Below are positions 56,451-64,000 of a stretch of 64,000 nt of DNA, piece by piece. Made by a program: the position numbers and the translations under genes. Origin of the DNA: a virus. The stretch is from IMG/VR virus record IMGVR_UViG_3300029791_000191, one strand, 5' to 3'. A model generated the notes under the pieces. The model was not told the DNA's origin. It ran no database searches and saw nothing but the letters and a program-made list of their open reading frames with translations. The stretch's first letter is position 1, and each line of letters opens with the position of its first letter.

Positions 56451-58206
56451 CCAGCTTCCAAAAGAAGAACACGAATCCCCCATGCTGTCTCTGGACAAGA
56501 CTAAGGACAGAGAAGTTCTGAGGGAATTTATCGGGGAACACAAAACGCTTCTGTCATGGAAGCTGGACGGACTGACGATCGTTCTTACCTACGAGAATGG
56601 AGAACTTGCCAAAGCAGTTACACGTGGAAACGGTGTGACAGGAGAGGTTGTCACCAATAATGCCAGAGTATTTAAGAACGTTCCTCTTAAAATCCCGTAT
56701 CAGGGAAGACTGGTGTTGCGTGGGGAAGCGATCATTACCTATTCGGACTTTGAACGGATCAATGAATCCATAGAAGACGTTGATGCGAAATACAAGAATC
56801 CGAGAAACTTATGCAGCGGTTCTGTCCGCCAGTTAAACAATGAGATCACAGCCCGCAGGAATGTGCGTTTCTACGCATTTACGCTGGTAAGCGCCGACGG
56901 GGTTGATTTCCATAATTCAAGAGCCCGGCAGTTTGAATGGCTGAAAGAACAGGGATTTGATGTAGTGGAATACAGGACAGTCACAGCTTTAACGCTGGAT
57001 GAAGCCATGGAATATTTTTCAACTGCGATCACTGAGAATGATTTTCCGTCAGACGGACTGGTTGCTCTTTATGATGATATTGCATACGGAGATTCCCTTG
57101 GAAGAACAGCGAAATTTCCCAGAAATGCTTTTGCATTCAAATGGGCAGATGAGATCAGAGAAACCCATCTTCTTGAGATCGAATGGAGCCCGTCAAGAAC
57201 AGGGCTGATCAATCCAGTGGCTGTTTTTGAACCGGTCGAGCTGGAGGGAACCACTGTGAGCCGCGCCAGCGTACACAATGTAAGCATTCTAAAAGAATTG
57301 CAGCTTGGTATCGGGGATACGATCACTGTATATAAAGCAAATATGATCATTCCGCAGATTGCAGAAAACCTCACACGCAGCAGTAAACTGGAAATTCCGG
57401 ATACTTGCCCTGCATGTGGCCATGGGACACAGATACAGAAGGTAAATGATGTGGAGGCACTTTACTGTACAAATCCTGACTGTGCCGCAAAGAAGATCAA
57501 ATCCTTTGCACTTTTTGCAAGCAGGGATGCCATGAACATTGACGGACTGTCAGAAGCAACACTGGAGAAATTCATTGCAAGAGGCTTTATTCATGATTTC
57601 GGAGATATTTTTGAGATTGGAAAGCATCGTGATGAGATCGTGGAGATGGACGGATTCGGGGAGAAATCCTTTGAGAACCTGATGACCAGCCTTGATAAAG
57701 CTAAGGAGACTACTCTTGCGAAGGTGATCTACAGCCTTGGAATCGCCAATATCGGTCTTGCCAATGCAAAAGTGATCTGCAGGCATTTTGATGATGATCT
57801 GGAGAAGATCCGCCATGCAGATAAAGAGGAGATCAGCTCTATTGATACCATCGGACCGGTAATTGCCGGAAGTCTGACTGATTATTTTTCAAACGAGGAT
57901 AATAACAGAAAACTGGATCATCTGATGAGCCATCTGACTGTTAAGAAAGAAGAAAAGACAGGTGAGCAGATTTTCCGGAACATGAATTTCGTTATCACAG
58001 GAAGTGTGGAGCACTTTGCAAACAGAGCACAGGCAAAGGAATTTATTGAGTCTCTGGGAGGCAAGGTGACCGGATCAGTAACATCGAAGACGAACTACCT
58101 GATCAATAATGACACAACTTCCAATTCTTCAAAGAATAAAAAAGCCAAAGAACTAGGAATTCCGATCCTTTCTGAAGAAGATTTCCTGAAGATGGCACAA
58201 CAATAA
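56248..58206 (+). CDS. ligA: NAD-dependent DNA ligase LigA (host chromosomal copy)
   Basis: KLDG adenylation motif, OB, Zn-finger CPACGH, HhH, BRCT; GC about 52%. Confidence 0.9.
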   Translation: METAAIMRMKELVQKLDRAAKAYYQQDTEIISNREYDQMYDELQALEKETGTVLANSPTISVGYEAVDQLPKEEHESPMLSLDKTKDREVLREFIGEHKTLLSWKLDGLTIVLTYENGELAKAVTRGNGVTGEVVTNNARVFKNVPLKIPYQGRLVLRGEAIITYSDFERINESIEDVDAKYKNPRNLCSGSVRQLNNEITARRNVRFYAFTLVSADGVDFHNSRARQFEWLKEQGFDVVEYRTVTALTLDEAMEYFSTAITENDFPSDGLVALYDDIAYGDSLGRTAKFPRNAFAFKWADEIRETHLLEIEWSPSRTGLINPVAVFEPVELEGTTVSRASVHNVSILKELQLGIGDTITVYKANMIIPQIAENLTRSSKLEIPDTCPACGHGTQIQKVNDVEALYCTNPDCAAKKIKSFALFASRDAMNIDGLSEATLEKFIARGFIHDFGDIFEIGKHRDEIVEMDGFGEKSFENLMTSLDKAKETTLAKVIYSLGIANIGLANAKVICRHFDDDLEKIRHADKEEISSIDTIGPVIAGSLTDYFSNEDNNRKLDHLMSHLTVKKEEKTGEQIFRNMNFVITGSVEHFANRAQAKEFIESLGGKVTGSVTSKTNYLINNDTTSNSSKNKKAKELGIPILSEEDFLKMAQQ

Positions 58207-58231
58207 AATAATAAGAACAGGAGATAAGATA

Positions 58232-59164
58232 ATGCCAATTAAAATACAGAGCGATCTGCCAGTAAAAGAGATTCTGGAAAAAGAAAATATTTTCGTGATG
58301 GATGAGTCACGTGCATCCCATCAGGATATCCGCCCCATTCAGATCCTCATTCTGAACCTGATGCCTCTGAAAGAGGAGACAGAGCTTCAACTTCTGCGTT
58401 CCCTTTCCAACACACCACTGCAGGTAGATGTCACCTTTATGGCAGTACAGAGCCATGAAGCGAAGAATACATCTGTGAGTCATCTGAATAAATTTTATCA
58501 GACATTTCCGGAACTGAAAAATAACAAATATGATGGAATGATCATCACAGGTGCTCCTGTAGAGCAGATGGAATTCGAAGAGGTAGACTACTGGAAGGAA
58601 CTGGTAAAAATCATGGACTGGACAAACACCCATGTTACCTCCACCATTTATCTGTGCTGGGCTGCACAGGCAGGACTCTACCACCACTATGGACTGAAAA
58701 AACGCAAACTTGATAAGAAGATGTTCGGTCTTTTCTGGCATAAAGTGATGAACCGTAAGATTCCGCTGGTACGCGGATTCGACGATATGTTCCTTGCACC
58801 TCATTCCAGACATACGGAAGTTCCCATCGAGGATATCCATAACTGTAAAGAACTGACAGTGCTTGCTGAATCCGATGAAGCAGGGCTTTTCCTTGCAATG
58901 GCAGACGGCGGCCGCAAGATCTTTGTAATGGGACATCCGGAATATGATCGTGTGACTCTTGATGGTGAGTACAAACGTGATGTCAGCAAAAACCTGCCCA
59001 TCGAAATCCCGGAGAATTATTACAAAGACAACAACCCGGAAAACAGACCGCTCCTTATGTGGAGAGCACATGCGAACAACCTGTATACAAACTGGCTGAA
59101 TTACTATGTCTACCAGTCAACTCCGTTCGACCTGTATGGAACACCGGATTTCAGCGAGATTTAA
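58232..59164 (+). CDS. metA: homoserine O-acyltransferase MetA (HTS/HTA family)
   Basis: N-terminal MPIKI..DLP..E.L..ENIFVM, ILNLMP, catalytic Cys region LCWAAQAG. Confidence 0.8.
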   Translation: MPIKIQSDLPVKEILEKENIFVMDESRASHQDIRPIQILILNLMPLKEETELQLLRSLSNTPLQVDVTFMAVQSHEAKNTSVSHLNKFYQTFPELKNNKYDGMIITGAPVEQMEFEEVDYWKELVKIMDWTNTHVTSTIYLCWAAQAGLYHHYGLKKRKLDKKMFGLFWHKVMNRKIPLVRGFDDMFLAPHSRHTEVPIEDIHNCKELTVLAESDEAGLFLAMADGGRKIFVMGHPEYDRVTLDGEYKRDVSKNLPIEIPENYYKDNNPENRPLLMWRAHANNLYTNWLNYYVYQSTPFDLYGTPDFSEI

Positions 59165-59214
59165 AAGGTTTGCGAGAAGTTCAATTTCACTATCTTACCG
59201 TATTTTTACGCATC

Positions 59215-59275
59215 TTTATGAAAAATGGTGTCAAAATGGTGTCAAAACTGTGAGAAAATGGTGTCAAAACTGAAC
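59215..59275. repeat. three direct repeats AAAATGGTGTCAAAA(C) in the intergenic region upstream of the Uma2 gene
   Basis: Copies at 59222, 59234, 59256. Confidence 0.45.
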
Positions 59276-59383
59276 AGTAACCGGATATCTATATTCGTTT
59301 TGTCAGAATCAAAAACAGGTTGCTGAACAGACATAACCTATATTATAATGTACATATAACCAAACTCACTTGGAGGTGATAAT

Positions 59384-59941
59384 ATGCCATTACTTGAAGA
59401 GGAATATAGAAAAGAAGAGAAGATTAATGGTGTAATCTATGATATGTCACCATCACCAAATTATCAGCATGGGCTTGTAGATGGTAATATTTATCGAATC
59501 ATATCAACCGGTTTACAGGGAACACTGTGTTTAGCATTCATGGAGAATCTGGATTATAAATATCATGCACAGGAGAATAATGATTATGTGATACCAGATG
59601 TGATGATTATATGTGATCGTAAGCATTTGAAAGGTGGTTCCTATACTGGTACACCCAGATTTATTGTGGAAACTCTTAGCCCGGCAACAGCATTAAGAGA
59701 TATGACTGTGAAGAAAGAAATTTACCAGGCAGCAGGTGTAGAAGAGTATTGGATCATCTCACCGAAAGAAAGAGCAGTACAGATTTATTATCTTGAGGAT
59801 GGTAAATATGATTTGAAGTATAGCTATATCTTGCAGGATGATCCAGAAGAAGAACATTATAATGCAGATACAGTGGTGACACTGAAAGATTTTCCGAAAA
59901 TCTCCATGACATTGGCAGAGATGTTTGAGAATGTAGAATAA
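59384..59941 (+). CDS. Uma2-family (DUF820) PD-(D/E)xK endonuclease
   Basis: Characteristic N-terminus EEEYRKEEKINGVIYDMSPSP and acidic core; 185 aa. Confidence 0.6.
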   Translation: MPLLEEEYRKEEKINGVIYDMSPSPNYQHGLVDGNIYRIISTGLQGTLCLAFMENLDYKYHAQENNDYVIPDVMIICDRKHLKGGSYTGTPRFIVETLSPATALRDMTVKKEIYQAAGVEEYWIISPKERAVQIYYLEDGKYDLKYSYILQDDPEEEHYNADTVVTLKDFPKISMTLAEMFENVE

Positions 59942-59952
59942 TATGAGCAGCA

Positions 59953-59988
59953 TGAAAGCCCTCGGGAGTTAATCCTGGGGGGCTTTTG
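59953..59988 (+). terminator. rho-independent terminator-like hairpin AAGCCC..GGGCTTTT
   Basis: GC stem followed by CTTTTGG just after the Uma2 stop. Confidence 0.45.
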
Positions 59989-60080
59989 GTATAGCCAAAT
60001 CCGTTGAAGTATGTTATTATATGCATCAGTTCTCAGAATCGGGAATATTCAGTTGAGATAAGAAAGGACACAACAATCAT

Positions 60081-60320
60081 ATGAACATAGGAAACAATAT
60101 AGGAAATATCATGAAGATCACAGGCGCATGGAACACCTTTAAGAGCAATCATCCCAAGTTCCCGGCATTCTGTCAGGCAGTTTCACGCAAAGGGCTTAAA
60201 GAAGGAAGCATCATTGAAATTGCGATCACCACTCCTGAGGGAGAGAAGATTGAGACAAACCTGAAAGTAAAGGACAGTGACCTGGAATTACTGAAACAGT
60301 TGTCTGACCTGAAAATGTGA
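60081..60320 (+). CDS. hypothetical small protein (79 aa)
   Basis: ORF with AAAGGA upstream. Confidence 0.35.
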   Translation: MNIGNNIGNIMKITGAWNTFKSNHPKFPAFCQAVSRKGLKEGSIIEIAITTPEGEKIETNLKVKDSDLELLKQLSDLKM

Positions 60321-60451
60321 AAAAGTTTACAAAAATTTTATTTGAATAACAGGTATAAATCTGCTATAGTATTCTATGTTGGTTAAGTTGATTATTATTC
60401 GTTCCCATATATAAGAATGATAGGTTCTCAAAAGAAAGAAGAGGAAGAAAA

Positions 60452-61042
60452 TTGCGTAAAAAATCACATATTTTATTAGCAAGATACCTTGCGGATCAGA
60501 TGCAGACCACAGCAAGCCTGCAGTCTCACAGAAAGGCTTTCTGTCTGGGCAGCATTCTGCCGGATATCAAACCGTCCTTTATCACCAGAAGGCACGAGTT
60601 CTACGGAACATTTGAAGATGTCAAGAACCGGATGAAAGAACTGGCAGATATCAGACCGGATGAGAGTAACCAGAGAGTTTACTGGCGGCGGTTCGGCGAA
60701 GTGATCCACTATATGGCGGATTATTTTACCTTTCCTCATAACAAAACATATACAGGAAGCTTCAGCCAGCATAATCATTATGAGAAAGTACTTAAGAACA
60801 GACTGAAAGAATGTATACAGCAGGGAGAAGCATATGCATATCTGGAACCGGCCATCCGCTTCGCTGATTTCTCCACCCTGATTGATTATATCGAAGCTAC
60901 TCATGAGAAATACCTCAACAAGCTCCGCAGCGTGGAAGAGGATATCCGCTTTATCCTGAATATGTGTTTTCAGGTAGTGCAGGGACTGATACAGATCTGT
61001 ATTGGTAATAAGAACTTTGCAGGAGCCATTCAGGCAGCCTGA
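60452..61042 (+). CDS. hypothetical protein, possibly zinc-dependent phospholipase C-family-like
   Basis: His-rich motifs HILLARYLA, HYMADYF, HNHYEK. Confidence 0.35.
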   Translation: MRKKSHILLARYLADQMQTTASLQSHRKAFCLGSILPDIKPSFITRRHEFYGTFEDVKNRMKELADIRPDESNQRVYWRRFGEVIHYMADYFTFPHNKTYTGSFSQHNHYEKVLKNRLKECIQQGEAYAYLEPAIRFADFSTLIDYIEATHEKYLNKLRSVEEDIRFILNMCFQVVQGLIQICIGNKNFAGAIQAA

Positions 61043-61053
61043 CAGAGATACGC

Positions 61054-61109
61054 TAAGAATACAGGAAGGCTGTGTGGAAATCATATCCGCACAGCCTTCC
61101 TGCATTCTG
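61054..61109. terminator. long inverted repeat GAATACAGGAAGGCTGTG...CACAGCCTTCCTGCATTC (hairpin, possible terminator without U-tract)
   Basis: About 18-bp stem with one mismatch after the 60452 gene. Confidence 0.4.
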
Positions 61110-61127
61110 AAACATATCTTCCTCACT

Positions 61128-61169
61128 GCTTGTTGCTTTTCGCAACTTCTGCAGGGGGACTTACTTGAT
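61128..61169. repeat. second copy of the 42-nt repeat (see 54057); on the minus strand it encodes the same terminal FNRIK-stop as the deacetylase gene but no long ORF
   Basis: Direct sequence comparison. Confidence 0.5.
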
Positions 61170-61359
61170 TCGGTTAAAATGTGACAAAAAAATGAATTTT
61201 GGTCAAATCTGGAATTTACCTGCCCTGAGCTGTTGATTTCAAAAAATGATTATGCTAGAATAAAACAGGTTAATATTTCGGGATAATTCACTTATGAAAT
61301 AACATAATAATGTGAAAAGTAATTTAGACAGTATGCCCTTATAAACAGGGGGTAAGGAC

Positions 61360-63267
61360 ATGCTCACAGTAAGAAGGGAGCAATTTAGATATATGAAAAA
61401 CAAGTATCTTACCAGATTCTTATGTCTGACATTGATGTCAGGAATGGTATTATCCGGTCCTGCGTCCGTACTTGCAGCAGAGGATACTGCTGCGTATACA
61501 GCAGACGGTTCTGATTTCAGCGATTCCGGTGATTTTGATTCAGGATCAGAGGATCCGGCGCCGGCAGATCCGACTCCTGCAGAGCCAACACCTGCGCCGG
61601 TAGATCCGACACCTGCAGACCCGACACCTGCACCGGTAGATCCGACACCAACACCTGCAGAGCCAACACCTGCACCGGCAGATCCGACTCCGACACCAAC
61701 AGATCCTACTCCGACACCTGCGAATCCTACACCAACACCGTCTTCACAGATTACGAAGGCAGCCCAGGATGTGATCGACAGAATCAAAGAGTTGAACGCA
61801 CAGACCATCACGCTGGAGAAGAAAGCCACTGTTCAGAGCATCCGCACTGCATATAATGCCCTGTCTGATACAGAGAAGGCACAGGTTTCTAATTATAATC
61901 TGCTGGTTCAGGCAGAAGCGACTATTGCTCAGCTGGAAGCGCAGAAGAACAATGCGAATACGAATAATCCATTTACGAGTAATACCAGTGCTGCACAGAC
62001 CGGAACTCCGGTATATTATGCGTCCAATATCCACGCAGGTAAGGATTTCTATCTGGACAGCCTGAAGAATAACTACAATCTGACCTTCTCAGATGATTTC
62101 GCTTCTGTTATGGATGAGATCGAGAAGGAATATAAAGAGAAGAACAAAGTAGCAGATGCCAGCGATGTAAACGGCAGCAAGACCACCACATCTGCAGACA
62201 GTCTTCTGGTAAGAAACTGGCAGGATATCCTTGCAGTCTATGTATATCAGCAGAGCCAGGACGGAAAAACAGAATTTACCCTGGATTCTTCCTGCAAGAA
62301 AGACCTTGCGAAAATCTTTGCAGAGATGAACCCGATCGTAAGGGACAAGCAGGATATCACTCACGTTACATACGCTAATCGTAAAATCAACTACTATATT
62401 AAGAAAAATAAAATCGCAAAAAAGGATCGTACGATCCTTAAGAAATATGTGGAGACAGACTGCAAACTCCTCTGCGCGGTAGTAACAGCTGCCAACGGTT
62501 TTGTCCGCGAGAGTGTAGGGGATGATGTTTCCGAGGAAAGAGTAAATGTTATTTCCGCAGCCTATTCACTGGTTGGTAAAGTCGGTTACTTCTGGGGCGG
62601 CAAATCCACAGTGATCGGTGAAGATCCAGGCTGGGGAACCAGCGAGAAGGTATCAGCCGAGGGAAGCAAGAGCACCGGAACCATCCGCGCATACGGACTG
62701 GACTGCAGTGGTTTTGTCACCTGGGCAGTGATCAACGGATATCAGGATAAAGCAATGCAGGAAGCTGTAGGTGACGGAACTTCCGATCAGTGGGAGAAAG
62801 CAAACGTGGTAACTGAGGCAGATGCACAGCCCGGAGATCTGGTGTTCCAGAAAGGACCGGAAGCAGGAAGCGATAATCATGTAGGTATTCTCTGCGGTAA
62901 AACAGACGCAGGTGACTGGATCGCAGTACACTGCTCCTCCGGCAAGAATGGAGTAACAGTAGGCGAAGCATACAGTGCAAGCTTCCGTTACATCCGCCAG
63001 CCATCCTTCTACCCGACACAGGAACAGGTTCAGGAAATGCAGAGCAGCAGTACGGTAAGCACAACAACAGGTGATGCAGCAGCTTCCACAGGAACAGATA
63101 TCTTTTCTGCAAATGTGACAGTAAGCAATACTCTGCAGGATGCGATGAAGTCAAATACTTCCGACTCAACAGGATTCACAACATTGGAATCCACTGAGAA
63201 GACTTCCATCCTTCCGGATAAGATTGATCTGTCAAAAGAGAAAGTCGCTGTATTTAAGGCAAAATAA
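61360..63267 (+). CDS. secreted NlpC/P60-family cell-wall peptidase with Pro/Thr-rich (PTPAxP) repeat linker
   Basis: Signal peptide, PTPA(E/D)PTPAP repeats, C-terminal NlpC/P60 core (GYFWGGKS, YGLDCSGFVTWA, HVGIL). Confidence 0.7.
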   Translation: MLTVRREQFRYMKNKYLTRFLCLTLMSGMVLSGPASVLAAEDTAAYTADGSDFSDSGDFDSGSEDPAPADPTPAEPTPAPVDPTPADPTPAPVDPTPTPAEPTPAPADPTPTPTDPTPTPANPTPTPSSQITKAAQDVIDRIKELNAQTITLEKKATVQSIRTAYNALSDTEKAQVSNYNLLVQAEATIAQLEAQKNNANTNNPFTSNTSAAQTGTPVYYASNIHAGKDFYLDSLKNNYNLTFSDDFASVMDEIEKEYKEKNKVADASDVNGSKTTTSADSLLVRNWQDILAVYVYQQSQDGKTEFTLDSSCKKDLAKIFAEMNPIVRDKQDITHVTYANRKINYYIKKNKIAKKDRTILKKYVETDCKLLCAVVTAANGFVRESVGDDVSEERVNVISAAYSLVGKVGYFWGGKSTVIGEDPGWGTSEKVSAEGSKSTGTIRAYGLDCSGFVTWAVINGYQDKAMQEAVGDGTSDQWEKANVVTEADAQPGDLVFQKGPEAGSDNHVGILCGKTDAGDWIAVHCSSGKNGVTVGEAYSASFRYIRQPSFYPTQEQVQEMQSSSTVSTTTGDAAASTGTDIFSANVTVSNTLQDAMKSNTSDSTGFTTLESTEKTSILPDKIDLSKEKVAVFKAK

Positions 63268-63552
63268 AATGTATAAAAGAAGAGAAAGTCATACAAAAAA
63301 GTCTGGCTTTCCCTTCTTTTTTCGTGTATAAACTTTTTTATCTGTTAACTTAAACGGTTAAGTAAAACTGACGAATTTGCTTATTGGTCTGCGGAATATG
63401 CTTCAAAAACGAAAAAAATATTCAAAAATATGGAAACCCCTGGAGAGTACAAAAACCTGTGAGTAGATGGATATTTATATCATCAAAAGCATATTCGTTG
63501 AAGTAGGAATGGAACATAAAAGTTTATAATTTTTTATAAGTTTTCAGTAACG

Positions 63553-63765
63553 GTGTCATTAATCTATATGAAGGGATTTGAGAGAGATACGATCATGTAT
63601 GAAAAAGGTCAGGAAGCTGAACGCAAAAATACAGAAAGGGAACGTCAGAGAGCGGATTTTGCTGAAAAAGAAAAAATAAAGGCCCCAAAAGAGACAACAG
63701 AAGCACTTAAAAGAGTAGCTGAACTGGAGAAGATTTTGCAATGTAAAACTACGGAGGGTAAATAA
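63553..63765 (+). CDS. hypothetical small charged protein (70 aa)
   Basis: ORF only. Confidence 0.3.
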   Translation: MSLIYMKGFERDTIMYEKGQEAERKNTERERQRADFAEKEKIKAPKETTEALKRVAELEKILQCKTTEGK

Positions 63766-63833
63766 GATTATCTTAAGATAGCCACAGACTGGCACCCATC
63801 CAGCCTGCGGCTTTTTCACCCACTATTTTTGAG

Positions 63834-63862
63834 TTGACTTTTTGGCACATTGCGCATATACT
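63834..63862 (+). promoter_or_regulatory. sigma70-like promoter TTGACT-17-TATACT preceding an ORF-free, GC-rich structured region running to the window end
   Basis: TTGACT 63834-63839, TATACT 63857-63862. Confidence 0.4.
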
Positions 63863-64000
63863 AACAGTAGCTAAGGAATGTGGTGAGATTCCTTGAAGCA
63901 AAACAAAAACCCTCAGAGTGCCAGCTCTGGGGGCTTTCTTGCTCGTTACGGTGAGCTATTCCGTTTAGACTGTTGCTGTCTATCGTCTGCTGTCCAGCCA

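Noticed and set aside
56248-58206. Possibility that the two ligA genes are an assembly duplication
   Set aside because: Nucleotide composition and sequence differ throughout (AT-rich phage copy with KMDG and an insertion versus GC-rich host copy with KLDG); only amino-acid blocks are shared.
58307-59071. 254-aa minus-strand ORF inside metA
   Set aside because: Antisense to a well-supported MetA reading frame; no RBS and no motif.
61239-61829. 196-aa minus-strand ORF rich in GVGVGS repeats
   Set aside because: Reverse complement of the Pro/Thr-rich PTPAxP repeat of the + strand NlpC/P60 gene (61360-63267); the repeat keeps the antisense frame open. The + strand gene has a signal peptide and a recognisable catalytic domain.
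1-64000. CRISPR arrays or classic two-gene toxin-antitoxin pairs
   Set aside because: No regularly spaced direct repeats with unique spacers were seen, and no recognisable TA pairs; the short direct repeats found (52623-52678, 59215-59275, 6797-7238) lack CRISPR architecture.

Overview
The window is a junction between a prophage and its host chromosome. Positions 1 to about 52.8 kb are one end of a temperate phage: AT-rich (about 35% GC), genes almost all on the + strand, closing with excisionase, a tyrosine integrase (minus strand), arm-type repeats and a tRNA-Arg(CCG). Positions from about 52.9 kb to 64 kb are GC-richer (about 50%) Firmicutes/Clostridia-like host DNA carrying cell-wall enzymes, host LigA, MetA and a Uma2 nuclease. 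The phage segment is the replication, nucleotide-metabolism and auxiliary-gene module; no structural or lysis genes are present. Its replication and nucleotide genes are: a DnaB-like helicase, a primase, a Cas4/RecB-like nuclease, a split DnaE-type polymerase carrying an HNH homing-endonuclease insertion, a RecD-like helicase, a class II ribonucleotide reductase, dUTPase, a dNMP kinase, a Sak4-like ATPase and its own NAD-dependent ligase. Its auxiliary cargo falls into five groups. (a) NAD+ metabolism: nicotinamidase, a Prs-family phosphoribosyltransferase, an NAMPT-family enzyme, a HAD hydrolase, a macro domain protein and NadE. (b) A second ADP-ribose-processing enzyme of the NADAR/YbiA family. 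(c) An RNA-repair toolkit: a polynucleotide kinase fused to an HD domain, an ATP-dependent RNA ligase and an HD/DUF3820-like protein, together with 3 to 4 phage tRNAs. (d) A TerD, vWA and P-type cation ATPase cluster followed by an SPFH/band-7 membrane protein. (e) An uncharacterised cassette of two tandem paralogs sharing an N-terminal MKIRxGFVTNSSSSS motif, a Cys-rich zinc-ribbon protein and a Pol-beta-type nucleotidyltransferase. No CRISPR array was seen. All calls are from manual reading of the ORF translations and nucleotide motifs; no database search was possible.
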